The notes below the pieces were generated by a model. That model was not told where the DNA came from. It did no database searches and saw only the letters and a list, made by a program, of their open reading frames with translations. This document shows positions 1 through 11,249 of a DNA stretch of 64,000 nucleotides, piece after piece. Location: sequence record ON529855.1, one strand, 5' to 3'. Each line of letters begins with the position of its first letter. The stretch's first letter is position 1. The translations under genes were made by a program, and so were the position numbers.

Positions 1-8
1 TCCTGGGG

Positions 9-356
9 ATGTCGTGCCGGGGGACGGTGCGCGAGAAGTTCCACAACGTGGAGGCGCTGCTGGCGATGCGCGGGCTTAGCTACGGCCACGCGTGGACGGA
101 TGAAAACCGCACCTTCGGCGCGCTGTTCGCCCACTTGCTTCGGACCTATCAGCCGGACCAACGCCGCCACAGCCTGTCGATCTCGCCCGATCGACCTGTC
201 GCAACCTACACCTGCCACGACACCTATACGGCGGATTCCTCGGGGATCGCCTACGGCAAAGGGGTGAGCGCGACCGCGCCCCTGGCGCCGGTGATCTGGA
301 CCGTATCGATCAGCCACGACGTCCTGCATGATGTCGCCCTGTCGCTGCGCGCCTAA
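9..356 (+). CDS. hypothetical protein, probably the 3' end of a gene starting before the window
   Basis: Frame is open from base 3 and is followed by a terminator hairpin. Confidence 0.6.
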   Translation: MSCRGTVREKFHNVEALLAMRGLSYGHAWTDENRTFGALFAHLLRTYQPDQRRHSLSISPDRPVATYTCHDTYTADSSGIAYGKGVSATAPLAPVIWTVSISHDVLHDVALSLRA

Positions 357-374
357 TCCCTCAAGACGCCCAAC

Positions 375-412
375 AAAAAGGCCCTGCCCGTTCCCAGGTC
401 AGGGCCTTTATT
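375..412. terminator. bidirectional intrinsic terminator
   Basis: AAGGCCCTG(378-386)/CAGGGCCTT(400-408) stem with T/A tracts on both sides, between convergent genes. Confidence 0.75.
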
Positions 413-431
413 AGCAGTCGAGCCGCCTATA

Positions 432-1055
432 TTAGACGCCGTAGCCCGGCTCAAGCGCGCGCCGCATGTTCTGGCGCGCCTGCACTTCCAGCGGCTTGAA
501 CTGCTCGGTGAAGAAGATCGACGGTTGCTCCAGGGTGTGCTGGAGAAAGGCGCGACGCCCCTTCTCATAGGCGTCGGGGTCCAGCCCGCCCGACAGGAAC
601 TCCAGCTTCAGGTTCTCGCTGTTGCGGTCGTATTCGTCAGGGTCGGCCGCCAGCGGCGCCATGTCCAGGTCGACCATGTGGCGGATCATGTGGCGCACCG
701 ACGGGTCGTCATGCGGGAACTCGTCCGGATTGTGATTGATCGTCACCAGGATCAGCGCCTCGGCGATCTCCGGCCGAACGAACAGGCCCTTCGCGCGCCA
801 CGCCTCCAGGCTCTGGCGCTCGTTCCACCCCTTCTCGCGTCCGATCTGGTAGACGCAGTCGTGCGCGGCCACGGCGGTGCGGAAGATCACCTCCAGGTAG
901 GCCGGGAAGTAGGGCTTGCGGTAGCCGAGGACGCGCAGACCGCGCGTGGCGCCGCTGTCGTGCATCTCCAGCATCTCCAGGACGTGGAAGACGCTGTGGT
1001 AGCGGCGGTGCGGCTCGTCGTAGAGGCGCAGGAGTTCGAGTTGGGTGAGGTTCAT
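432..1055 (-). CDS. HD-superfamily metal-dependent phosphohydrolase (COG4339-like)
   Basis: Motifs YDEPHRRYHSVFHV, AAHDCVY, HMVDLDMAPLA and Y..GR..FL. Confidence 0.85.
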   Translation of the reverse strand: MNLTQLELLRLYDEPHRRYHSVFHVLEMLEMHDSGATRGLRVLGYRKPYFPAYLEVIFRTAVAAHDCVYQIGREKGWNERQSLEAWRAKGLFVRPEIAEALILVTINHNPDEFPHDDPSVRHMIRHMVDLDMAPLAADPDEYDRNSENLKLEFLSGGLDPDAYEKGRRAFLQHTLEQPSIFFTEQFKPLEVQARQNMRRALEPGYGV

Positions 1056-1067
1056 GTGGGCCTGCGG

Positions 1068-1301
1068 TTACCGGTTGAGCGAGAGGCGTCCCGCATGGAA
1101 CGCCCGGATCGGGTTGAGCCCGTCGTCCAGAGGCTGGAACGCCTTCCACAGGTCGTTGCGCCAGGGCTTGGTCAGGGCGAGGATGCGGTCGCGTTCGGCG
1201 CCCTCCAGCACTTCGCCGGTGTCGGGATCGACGACATAGAAGTCGTGCGTCATCAGCCGACGGAAGGCGTCGCACATCTGTTCGGAGGGGTTGGACCGCA
1301 T
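1068..1301 (-). CDS. hypothetical protein
   Basis: Fits operon geometry; TTGACA at 1330-1335 upstream. Confidence 0.6.
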   Translation of the reverse strand: MRSNPSEQMCDAFRRLMTHDFYVVDPDTGEVLEGAERDRILALTKPWRNDLWKAFQPLDDGLNPIRAFHAGRLSLNR

Positions 1302-1350
1302 AGCTTCACCTTGCGCATGCCGCCACGAATGTCAAGGATACCGACAATGC

Positions 1351-1377
1351 AAAACGCCCCCGGCGAACCGGGGGCGT
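1351..1377 (-). terminator. intrinsic terminator ending the 6S-like RNA
   Basis: ACGCCCCCGG-TTCG-CCGGGGGCGT followed by TTT on the minus strand. Confidence 0.85.
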
Positions 1378-1558
1378 CAGGGTGGCGTGGAATAAACGAC
1401 ACGATCCGAAAAGGGTCCGGGCTCCACTCCCCCGTTAGCTGTTCGGTCGGCTCACCGTAAGGCCCGACGGTGATCGTCGCCGGGTTGCAGTCCTACCCCC
1501 GGCTGGCTGGGCTTAATCCAGGAACCGAGGCCCCTAGTTGCTGCGCCGCTATGCCTGA
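1377..1558 (-). ncRNA. candidate 6S (SsrS)-like RNA
   Basis: No credible ORF; TTGACT upstream and terminator downstream; rod fold with large central bubble; blocks CUAGGGGCC, GUUCCUG, AGCUAAC, GGACCCU recalled from alphaproteobacterial 6S RNAs (not searched). Confidence 0.6.
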
Positions 1559-1584
1559 GCATGGTGCCTGAATAGGCGTAAAAG

Positions 1585-4500
1585 TCAAGCTTTCAGCGCC
1601 GCCTTGCGCATCCGGGCCGCCAGAGGATCGTCGGCGCCGCGAGGCTCGACGCCGTCCGGCAGCACGCTATAGGCGACGAACGGATTGCGCCGGTGCGCCC
1701 CGACCTTGATCATCGACAGCACGGTCTTCTCGCGCAGGACCAGGTAGCAGGGTTCGTCCCGAAACCAGACCTCATAGCGCCGACGTTTCGACATCAGCCG
1801 GGAAACATCGCCGAGCGCTGTTCCGGCGTCAGGCGCGGACTCGGCAGGCGTGTCCGTAGACGTGTGGCGATCCGCCGGGCCAGGTCATAGTCGGCCTCCT
1901 CCAGGAACTCGGGGGTCACGTCTTCCAGCGCGTTGAACCACTGGCGCAGCAGGTCGATCTCTTCGTCGCTGAAAATCACAGCTTCACAATCCCCTCGCAG
2001 GTGCGGGTGTAATAGAGCGCGCCCTGGACGGCCGGGTGCTGGTAGTAGGAGAAGCCGCAGCGGCAGACGACGTCGCCGCCGGCGCGCGGCACGCCGACCT
2101 CGTCGATGAAGAGGCGGTCCGCCTCGGCCAGAAGGGCGGGCGCGTTGCCGTTCTGGTCATAGCCCAGGCTCTCGCGCATGGTGTCGGGGATGCCGAACAA
2201 GCGCTTGTCGCGCCGGGCCTCGATCTCCTTGCACAGGTCGCTGTAGGCTTTGATGATCCACAGCGACGCGTCGCGTTGGGCGCTCGGGTCGCCCTCGTAG
2301 TAGGCGATGACTGGGTTCATCTCGTTGAGGTAAACAGTCCACCCCGGCCCTTTCGCCCTGGTCCCCTCGACCTGGACACCGTAGATGTCCCCTTGATACC
2401 TGCGCAGGACGGTCCTCAACAGGTCCCCGCCGGACCCAGGCTCCATCTCCACCACGCCTTCCGGCAGGAACTTCGCCCGCCGCTCGCGCGCTGTCGTCAT
2501 CCGTATCGTCCTTCATCTTCACGCCGACGCGGCATGTCATGATCTTCGCGACGGTCCTCGAAGACCTCGATCGCCCGCGTCAGGCGCTCTCGCACATGCT
2601 GCCGCCGCGCGTCTTTCCTGATCTTCGGCAGTTCATCCAGCGCCAGGCGCAGGGCGTCCTCGATCATGTCGCCGTAGTCGTCGTCGATGATCACGCGGGG
2701 TCCGCCTTCGGCAGCGAATCCACGATGACGTGCCCCGCGACGTCGAGCCGCAGGCCTTGACCGTCCCCCGCGAACTCGCCCGCCAACTGCTGGGCCGCGC
2801 CGGACGGATCAGGCTTGTGCCAGACCTGCCAGCCGCCGGCGCGGGTGCAGGTGATCTCGACATTGTAGGGCAGGTCGAAGATCGACGTGCGCTCCATGTC
2901 CTCGGTCGTCAGGTGCAGGTCGTGATATGAGGGCGCCTCGGTCACCGCTTGACCTCGAAGGTCGTGCCGTTCGGGCTCTGGAGGATTTCGCCGTAGAGCG
3001 GCACGACGTCGAACACCTCGGTCGAGCCGTCGGCCCAGCCCTTCGCCCCGCGCAGGTCCCGCGTTTGCAGCAGGCGCAGGTGCGCTTCGCCGATGTCGAA
3101 GTCGTGGAAGATCGTGCCGTGGTGGGGCGCTCGGGTCCAGGTCGACGGCGTCATGTAATAACGGACCTGGACGGCGCCGTCGGGCGCAGTCTTGGTCGAG
3201 CGCAGGACGTAGCAGTTCTCTTCCAGCAGGGTGATCTTGCTCACAGTCCGGCCGCCTGGCGCGCCGCCTTGATGTCGCCGATGCGCACCGAGACCTGATT
3301 GAGCATGACCCGGTCATTGTCCTTCAGCCCGTGCCAATCCCCGTCGCTCGGCCCGCCGTAATACCCGGCAGCGGTCTTGGCGACCTGATCCAAGACGCCA
3401 AGACGCACGAACGCCGCGCTCAACAGATCACGGGCGTGCCCGCCTAGTCCGTGCGGCGCCAGGGCGTCGGCCTCGTCCAGGGCCAGTATGGCACTGATGC
3501 TGCCCAGGAGGTTGGCGTTGTCGCCCCGGAAGGTGTCGGTGATTTCGGTCATGGCTTATCCAATACGGAAGACGATGCGTTCGACGCCGAGCGCCCGCAT
3601 CTGGTGAAGGTCAGAGAAGTAGGCCTCGCCCAGGTGTTCGCGCACCGACATGGACACGCCGGCGTCAGGCGGCCGCTGATTGACGAAGGTCTGATCGTAG
3701 TCGAACGCCAGCATCTCCTCCAGCGTCAGCCAGGACTTGACCCCGTCCCCGAGATCGTAGACGTCGGCCCAGGCGGTCCAGCGGGCGAACCCGCCCATCT
3801 CGTAGGGCGGTTCGTCGGGCCAGTCGGCGGGCAGGTGCCGGGGCTCTGCGATGCTGGGCGCGGCCGCGTAGTTGCGTTGGTTCGCCAGGACGCCGAAGAT
3901 GTCATAGGCGCCCCATTCCGGATCGAACGTGATCGGCTCCCAGACCCCGGCGCCGTTACGGCGTTGTGCGACCAGTTTGAGAGAGGCGCTCACGACACCA
4001 TATCCGCAAGCACCGTCTGCGCTTTCCTGTATTCGATCTCCAGGAGCCCGGCGATGTGGGCCTCAGGATCGTATTGAAGGGCGAAGTCCGGGTGGAACCA
4101 GAACCGGGCATGGTTGGAAATCCCGTCCGGCTCGCGGTAGGTCCAGAGCCCGCCATGGCCCTGCATCAGTCCTTCCGACAGGCTGTAGCCGGGGCGCCGC
4201 GTGATGCCGTCGAAATGCCCGCCGTCGATGTAGCCGGGTGTCGCCGCCCCGCCGAACGCAGCGTAGATGGCCTGGAACATGAGACGTTCCTTTTCGGTGG
4301 CGTAGCGGATCATGCGGCGGCCTCCCGCGCCAGGAACCGACGCCGAGCCTCGCGCGCCTTCATCCCGCACTCGGTCGTGATGGAGCCGAACGGCTCACCG
4401 ACGCCCTCCAGGCAGGCGTCCTCGTCGTTGGCGTAGCGCGCCAGCGCTTCATCGACCAGGGCCAGTTCGGCCTCCAGAGCCGCGATATGTTGGGCGGCGT

Positions 4501-4597
4501 CCTTGACCACGGCCGGTCCGCGCCAGTTATCGCAGCCCAGCTTGCCCGACTTGTCGAGGAAGTAGGCGGCGCGGGGTTTGATCAGATCAGGACCCAT
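1585..4597 (-). CDS. run of 10 small coupled hypothetical phage genes
   Basis: 1585-1794, 1794-1979, 1976-2500, 2497-2694, 2691-2945, 2942-3244, 3241-3552, 3556-3993, 3990-4313, 4310-4597; mostly ATGA/GTGA stop-start overlaps. Confidence 0.7.
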
Positions 4598-5294
4598 AGT
4601 CGTCCCCCAGCTTGATTTCCAGGTTGGCGTACAGGTCCTCGGCGGCGGCCTTGAACCATTCATGTCCGGGCCGGAAGGCGTTGAAGTCGATCTCCGACCC
4701 GGTCTCGCGAGGCTGGAGCGCGGCGTTGTGCCAGTTGTTCGGATCGATGCCGGCCTTGCGCGCCAGGGCGAAAGAGATTTGCCGGATGGCGGCGGGACGT
4801 TTGACCATGGAGCCGTGCTCCAGCGCCGACACCATCACCTCGACCAGATCGACCAGAGCCATGACCACCGAAGGATCGGCCTCGGCGGCGAAGGCGTTCT
4901 CTTCATGCCCGTCGAAGTTGGCGATCCAGTCACCGTTCTTGTCGGCCAGATAGCCTGCCTCGTTCCCATAGAGCGTGCGGGTGCGTTCGGTATGCTGCCA
5001 AGGGGTTGGCGACAGTTCCTGGGCGTCCTGGGCGGCCGCCCGCAAGCGGCGCAGGCGCGCCCGGTCGATCACGGTGTCGTCGGGTTTGTCCGCTGCGGGC
5101 GCGTAGCCGACCTGACGGGCGGCCGCCGGCCCCAGCACCAGGGCGTAGTGGCGCGCACAGACATAGGCCGTCAGATTGTGCCGGGAGGGGTGGGGGTCGT
5201 CGTGCGGGATTTCCTCGCCGATCTTGGCGACGGCGGGCGCGCCGCAGCGGCAGGTCTCGCCCTCGCAGGTGCTGGAGATGAAGGGCGCGCTCAC
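4587..5294 (-). CDS. Ead/Ea22-like domain protein with N-terminal Cys/His motif
   Basis: SPTPW...ENAFAAEADPSVVMALVDLVE matches the Ead/Ea22 pattern; GTG start overlaps the upstream stop. Confidence 0.6.
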   Translation of the reverse strand: MSAPFISSTCEGETCRCGAPAVAKIGEEIPHDDPHPSRHNLTAYVCARHYALVLGPAAARQVGYAPAADKPDDTVIDRARLRRLRAAAQDAQELSPTPWQHTERTRTLYGNEAGYLADKNGDWIANFDGHEENAFAAEADPSVVMALVDLVEVMVSALEHGSMVKRPAAIRQISFALARKAGIDPNNWHNAALQPRETGSEIDFNAFRPGHEWFKAAAEDLYANLEIKLGDDYGS

Positions 5295-6524
5295 AGTTCC
5301 AGCCCCGCGTCGAACAGCACCGTCTTCGCGCGCTCGATTTCGGGCGCGTCTTCCTGGCCCTCGGCCAGCGTGCCTTCGCCGACCGCCCAGTCCATCGTCG
5401 GGTAGATGCTTTCCCACGCGGCGCCCCAGTCGTCGCCTTCGCCGGCGGCGCGCGCCATCTCCATGGCCCACTGCGCCATAGGCAGGACGCCTTGCAGGGC
5501 CAGGGCGACTTCACTCGGCGCGGGCACGCCTTTGCTCCAGCCTTCCAGCGCCAGGGCGTTGCCGCGCACGCGTTCGATCAGGGTGGTGTAGGTCGAGGCG
5601 AGCGCACCCGTCTCCTCGGCGTCGAAGCCTTGCAGGAAGACGTGCAGGTCGCACAGGTCGTTGAAGGTTTCTCGGACGCACTCCGCCTGCACCGCGATGA
5701 CGGCGCGTGCGCGCTCCAGCGACAGGTCGGTCGTGATGCCCAGGAACTTCGCCTTCTCGGCCCCCTCGGCGTCGAGGATTTCCCAAGCGAGGGGGTCGAT
5801 GATGCGGGCGATTCGCTCGGTCGGGGTCATGGTTGCGCGGCCTTCGTGATGTCGTTGCTGCTGGCGGCGTGGAGACGCGGCGCCAGGACGTCTTTGATGG
5901 CGTCGTGAATGATGTAGCGGCTTGCTTCGTTGAAACCCGTGCTGTCCCCATAACAATGGGTCTGGTTGGCGCAGACCTGGATTCCCCATGCGCCGTTCGG
6001 CCACCAGATCGCCAGAGAACCGTCGAGCCGGGTGGCGGTGTGTGGGGTGATGGCCCAGCGTTCAGGGCGGTCACGGATGTCGCGGGCGACCGCCACGGCG
6101 GCGGGGTCAGGCTTAAGCCAGAAGGGGTAGATCATACCCTGGTTCGAGGCGAAAAGGGCGAGACCCGCCACCAACCCAGCCAGACTAAGGAGGGCGAAGG
6201 CCCCCGCGAGGGGCGTTCCTGGCGTGCGGGAAGTCTGGTCCGGCTTCATGCGGCGTCCTGACGAATCATGGCGGCAGCGCGCCGATAGATGGTGTCGTGC
6301 GGCGCGCCTTCATGCGCGGTGCGGTCGATGGTGTCGGCGATGTAGTCGAGGATGGCAGCGACGGCGTGGCGCTCTTCAGGGGCGTCATGGTCGTTCGCCA
6401 GAAGCGGCAGCGCGCGGCGGTAGACGTTGGTGGCGCGATAACGCACGTCCATCTGGAGCGCCTTGAAGATGAAGACTTCGGCGATGTCGCCGCAGCGCTG
6501 CGGCGTCACATAGACTGGCGTCAC
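5291..6524 (-). CDS. three hypothetical genes, one with an N-terminal TM helix
   Basis: 5291-5830, 5827-6249 (TM AFALLSLAGLVAGLALFA), 6246-6524. Confidence 0.7.
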
Positions 6525-6898
6525 CGCTGCATATCCTCAAAGGCGCCGAGACGGCAGCCCGCATGGAAGACCGATCCGTTACGGGTCCGCGCCATGTTGG
6601 GCGTCAGGCTTTCAGAGCCAGACATCAGGTACTCGCAACCCGTTTCGGGCTGGGTGACGATGTAGAAGGTGTCCGCGTGCCCCGCCGGATACCGGACGGT
6701 GAAGGTCCGAACGGCGCCAGGCGCGGGCGCCGTCGTAACGGTGCGGCCCAGGGGTTCAGGCTTGGCTTCCGCCGCTGCGGGCGCAGGCCTGCACCCCTCC
6801 AGGGCCACGCCCGCGCCGAGCAAGGCCGCCAACATCAACACGCTCACGGCGCGGCGTCCGAAGAAGAAGGCGCTCAAGGCGTCAATTGGATCACGCAT
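6521..6898 (-). CDS. predicted lipoprotein, DUF6440-like
   Basis: Hydrophobic segment ending in lipobox LEGC; IVTQPETGCEYL motif. Confidence 0.6.
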   Translation of the reverse strand: MRDPIDALSAFFFGRRAVSVLMLAALLGAGVALEGCRPAPAAAEAKPEPLGRTVTTAPAPGAVRTFTVRYPAGHADTFYIVTQPETGCEYLMSGSESLTPNMARTRNGSVFHAGCRLGAFEDMQR

Positions 6899-7974
6899 GG
6901 CGGCGCCTCCCCAGATAATGAAAGAACAGCCCCACGACGACAGCGGTCAGCCCCGCCGTCACCTGGGCCTCGATGGTCAAGACGCGCGTCACGCCGAACA
7001 GCGGCAGCCCGGCGTAGACGGCCGCCACTCCCGAGACCGCCACAAAGAAGAGGGCCGCAGCGAGCGACAGCCCGGCGAAGACGCGGTCGACCATCAGCGC
7101 TTGCCGAAGTCCACCGAGATGACGCGACCGGAAACCCCCATCACCTGGGGATGGCGCTCGCGCATGGCGGCCTTCTGCCGCGCCGCGATGGTCTCGTGGG
7201 CCTTGTCGATGGCGCGGGCGGCCTTGGACGCCGGCCGCAGCAGCGCCCCCAGGGTGTATTCCAGATCGGGTTCGAAGGTGTTGCCCATCAGTCTGCGCTC
7301 CTCGCCAGTTCAGCGGCCTCGGCCTCTGCAAATTCCGTTTCGTCGAACCGATCGCGCAGATAGGTCCGCATTTCCTCACCGACCCGCGACAGGCGCACGC
7401 CTTCCGGGGTCATCGGATCGGCGATCACGAGCCCCTTCATCTGAAGGTATTTCAGCGTGCGATCGTAACTCATTTCCGGTCGGCTCGACTGCTCGATCGC
7501 CTTGGCAAGGCCGACCTCCGGCATCAAGCGGATGACCTGCCGGACCTCCAGCCCGAGCATGACCGCGCGCCCGTACATCAGCGAATCTTCATCCCGGACG
7601 CGCGCGGCCTCGGCGACGGCGTCAGAGGAGCCGCGCATGTTCATTTCGGCCAGAGAGCGCAACATGGCGCAGGCGAGGGTATTGGACTGTTCGGCGGCCT
7701 CGACCTGTTCGGGGAGAATCCGATACGCCGACCAGACTTCCATACCGAAGTGGATGTAGTCGCGTCCGCTGTCCGGGTCGATCGTGCCGTCAGAGTTCAA
7801 GCCGGCCGATCCCTGGATGCGGAACCGCGCCGTCTGCATGAGCGCGCGCCACAGGCGCGCATCCTCCAACGCCGCCAGGACCGTCTCCAGTGCGGCGTAG
7901 GGCGGGTTCGCCGAGTTTTCCACGACCGCGCGCAGTTCGGCTTCGGCGGCGTTCAGGTCGATGGCTTGGGTCAT
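6891..7974 (-). CDS. three hypothetical genes, one a 2-TM protein
   Basis: 6891-7094 (2 TM), 7094-7288, 7288-7974. Confidence 0.7.
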
Positions 7975-8042
7975 GGGTCCTCCGTGGCGTCGTCACCAGC
8001 ACGCGTAAAGGAACGGCCAGCGACTGTCAACGGTGCTGACAA

Positions 8043-8426
8043 TCAGCGCCGTCGTTTTTTAAGGCGGGCCTCGACCAACTGGCGAACGATGTCGGGGTCA
8101 GCGGTGAAGGCGCGCTTCAGCGCCCACTTTTCCTCCAGGGGCCTTGAGCCGGCCTCGGTATTGCAGATGGCGTGGGCGACGACGACGTTTTCCGGCAGGT
8201 AGCCGTCGGGGTGGTCCCGTCCCAGCAGATGTTCGATCGTGCAGATCAACGCGCCGCTGGCGAAGGGCCTGGCGCAGAACCAGCAGACGTCGCCGTCGCG
8301 GGCTCGGGCGTTCTCTCTTAGAAAGACGCGATACTCGTCGCGATGGTGGCGCGGGTTCTTGTCGGACCAGACCCTCATCCCGAGGTGATAGACACGGCGC
8401 CACAATAGGGGCGTGGGCAGGGTCAT
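8043..8426 (-). CDS. HNH endonuclease family protein
   Basis: CWFC...TIEHLLGR...NVVVAHAICN. Confidence 0.75.
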   Translation of the reverse strand: MTLPTPLLWRRVYHLGMRVWSDKNPRHHRDEYRVFLRENARARDGDVCWFCARPFASGALICTIEHLLGRDHPDGYLPENVVVAHAICNTEAGSRPLEEKWALKRAFTADPDIVRQLVEARLKKRRR

Positions 8427-10321
8427 GCGTGAGGCCGGCGCGCCTTGATCCGGGCGATGATGTCGGTCATGACAGCCTCGTCGTCGATCCCATGCTTGTC
8501 CTTGAGCGCGTTCATGCGCCGGCGCGCTTTCCATTCAGGCTCGCCGCGTCGCCCTACTTTCGACCGGCGGCGGAAAGTCGGACTGAAGGCGAACAGACAG
8601 AAGAACACCACGGCCGCCAGAATCAGGGGAAGCCACAGGAAGGTCACGGCCAGCAGGCACAGGAACTGGTCCTTCAGGTCCATCATGTGGACCCGGAACC
8701 AACTCAGGAGCGCGAGGACCAGGCCGACGCCGATATAGGCGCCGGCGATGTCGTTCCAGGTCATAGGCCCTCCCTGGCGATGCGGTTTTCCAAAAGCTGG
8801 AGCAGGTAGAGATAGGCGTCGAAGTCGGTCAGCACCGGTTGGGTCGGCGTCCCGTCGATCTTCACATGGACCCATTCCGGGTCGTCGCGAGCGGCGTGCG
8901 GGCGATTGTCGAAGCGATAGATCATGACGTGCAGGGCGTGGTGGGCCTTCTCCACCAGCTTGCGCGCTCCCATGCAGGACAGGCTGGCGTAGCTGAAGCG
9001 GACATTCGCCTTGTGCGTGTCGCCCATGCCTTTCGGATAGCCGAAATTCGTCCCCCAAGGCAGGGTCAGCTTGATCAGGTAAAAGAGGTAGCGCAGCGCC
9101 ACCAAGTGGCCGCCAAGCAGATTATCCTCATCCATAATGAGGACCGTAGACCAGACAGGCCGCCCTTCAAAGCGCGCGGCCTCGTCGTACTCCGGCGCCA
9201 AAGAGCGTGGGTTCCGCACCGCCCGAATGCTCAGGCGCAGGGCCTCCAGAAGCTGCGTGCGGTCCATCGCCTTCAGGACCTTGACCTGATAGGACAGGAC
9301 GGCGCGTTCCCACGACTCTCGGGGCAGATTGATCACAGCGTGGAACTCCCGTCTTCGTCCAGATTGTGCCACCACTCGCCGATCGTGCTGCGGCTCAGCG
9401 CTTCGATCATTTCGGCGGTCAGGGTGCACCCGGTGCCGCGTTCGCTGGCGCGCTTCATGCGGCGCAGGGCGTCGCCCTGGAGCCGCTGCACCCGATCGTT
9501 CTCCGCTCGCCAGTCCTCCACCATCACCAGTAGGCCGTGACGCTGCGATGGTCGGGGAAGGTGGCGTTGAGCCAGGCCAGGGCCTCGGCCTTCAGCGGCG
9601 CTTCGGCGATCTCGTGGTCGCGGTAGGCCATGGGCTCGCACTGGTAGGTGCCGGTCTCGAACACGAAGACGTCGCAGGCGCGATCCTTGACCCCGAAGCC
9701 CTTGGCGAAGGCCTGAGGCTGCGGCTGCTGATCATCCGGCAACGGCACCTCGACCTCGCGCATCTCGTAACGCGGACCGGGCTCGTAACGCTCGCCGTAG
9801 TAGCCGTCCACGTCAGGGAAGAAGAGGCCGCGCGCCTGGACCCACTCGGGATCATAGGAGTCGACATGCCGCGCGCGCGCCTCGTCCTTGACGCGGACCT
9901 TGCGCATGACCTTCTGGGTCAAGGTTTCGGGGCGATGCAGGCGCCACCAATTCTCGGGGCGCACGTCATCGATCGCGTAGCGGGTCAGGAAGTAGAAGCT
10001 GGCGAAGCGGTCATGCCAGGAGCCCTTGTAACCCAGTTGACCCCGGACGCGTCCCTGAGCGTCCACGGCGTGCGAATACATATAGTGGTCGGTCGACACC
10101 AGGCCCCAGCCGGCCGGGGCCGTCACGGCGGTGAACAGGTCATCGACCGCCTCGCCGATGATGAACCCCAGGGTCTCAAGGTCGACGCGGTTCTCCGCGA
10201 CCGCGACGAACTCGGTCGGCAGGCGATTCAGGTCGCGCGGCTTGGTCGCGCGGGTCACCGTGTCCGGACCCGTCAGCAGGGTGGTCAGGGCTTCTTCCTG
10301 GATGCTCATCTGGGTCGACAT
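8423..10321 (-). CDS. four hypothetical genes, one a 2-TM protein
   Basis: 8423-8764 (2 TM), 8761-9336, 9333-9524, 9524-10321. Confidence 0.7.
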
Positions 10322-10535
10322 CGGGTCCTCCTCGGCGGTGATCAGAGGCGTGTAAAGGAATGTTTTGCGGCGGTCAAGCCGTAATCGTTGGAGGCCTGCA
10401 CGCGATCGGCGTATTTGAGCCCCGTGTTGATCAGGGCTTCCAGATGGTCCTCCATCGTTGAACCTGCCGTAAAGGAATGAGATGCGGATGTCAACCGGCT
10501 CGACATTTGTGTCGATAAGTGTCAGGTAAACCAAC

Positions 10536-11072
10536 ATGACCCAGTTGCGCCGCTACCACGTCGATCAGATCGAAATCACCGACCACCGGGAAGCGCGGCT
10601 TCCGCAGTCGGATGAATGGGCCTTCCCGATCCTCATCAACCACTCCAGAGAGATGGACACGGCCTACCTCCTGGGGGTCTGGCGCGCCAGCGTGCGGCTG
10701 GATGATCGACCGGGGCAGTCGGCTCCGCACGACCCGGCGGCGGTCGCGGCGGCCCTGGAGACCTGGGCGGTGTCCTGGAACGGACGGAATTTCCAGAAAC
10801 GGTTGAACGCCGTCCCCTTCGACGACGACCTGAAAACGACGCCAGGCCTGGAGCGGTTGGCGATCACCCTGTTCATCCAGGATCGAGAGTTCGACGGTCC
10901 CTACGAGGCCAGCGAAACCGAGGAAGGGAGCGAGATTTATCGCGCGGCCGACCCGAACGCCGTCACCCTGGTGACGGTGAACTATCTGGAGGACGAGAGC
11001 CTGGAGGACCATCAGGCGCGCGTGGCGGAGGTCGTGCGCGGCATGACCTGGGCGCTGCAAAACCCCGCGTGA
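10536..11072 (+). CDS. hypothetical protein
   Basis: 178 aa acidic ORF divergent from the promoter pair at 10352/10469. Confidence 0.75.
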   Translation: MTQLRRYHVDQIEITDHREARLPQSDEWAFPILINHSREMDTAYLLGVWRASVRLDDRPGQSAPHDPAAVAAALETWAVSWNGRNFQKRLNAVPFDDDLKTTPGLERLAITLFIQDREFDGPYEASETEEGSEIYRAADPNAVTLVTVNYLEDESLEDHQARVAEVVRGMTWALQNPA

Positions 11073-11132
11073 TGTCTGGTATAACGCTGGGTTGTAAACC
11101 GTCAGGAAAACTGACAGTTACTGCGCGGAATC

Positions 11133-11161
11133 TTGACTTTTAGCCCCTGAAATGGTAACGG
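11133..11161 (+). promoter_or_regulatory. sigma70-like promoter of the fibre cassette (class II, TTGACTTTTA)
   Basis: TTGACT(11133-11138)-17 bp-TAACGG. Confidence 0.6.
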
Positions 11162-11213
11162 TCAAGGCTTGTTCCCTGCCAAAGGGTCCTTGCCTTCCGC
11201 CACCTTTCATGGG

Positions 11214-11247
11214 AGCGGCCGGGCCTTTGAGGCTGCGGCCGTTTTTT
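11214..11247 (+). terminator. intrinsic terminator in the cassette leader (possible attenuator)
   Basis: AGCGGCCGGGCCT-TTG-AGGCT(G)CGGCCGTTTTTT, ending 2 nt before the first ORF. Confidence 0.7.
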
Positions 11248-11249
11248 AA

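Noticed and set aside
1409-1426. Plus-strand GTCCGGGCTCCA identical to part of RNase P RNA conserved region I, with CCCGGCT at 1498
   Set aside because: Lacks GAGGAAAG, the spacing is far too short for RNase P, and the promoter and terminator point to the minus strand, where the 6S-like fold explains the sequence
8043-8426. HNH gene as a homing endonuclease or mobile intron
   Set aside because: It is a short stand-alone domain coupled into the operon, with no interrupted gene or intron structure
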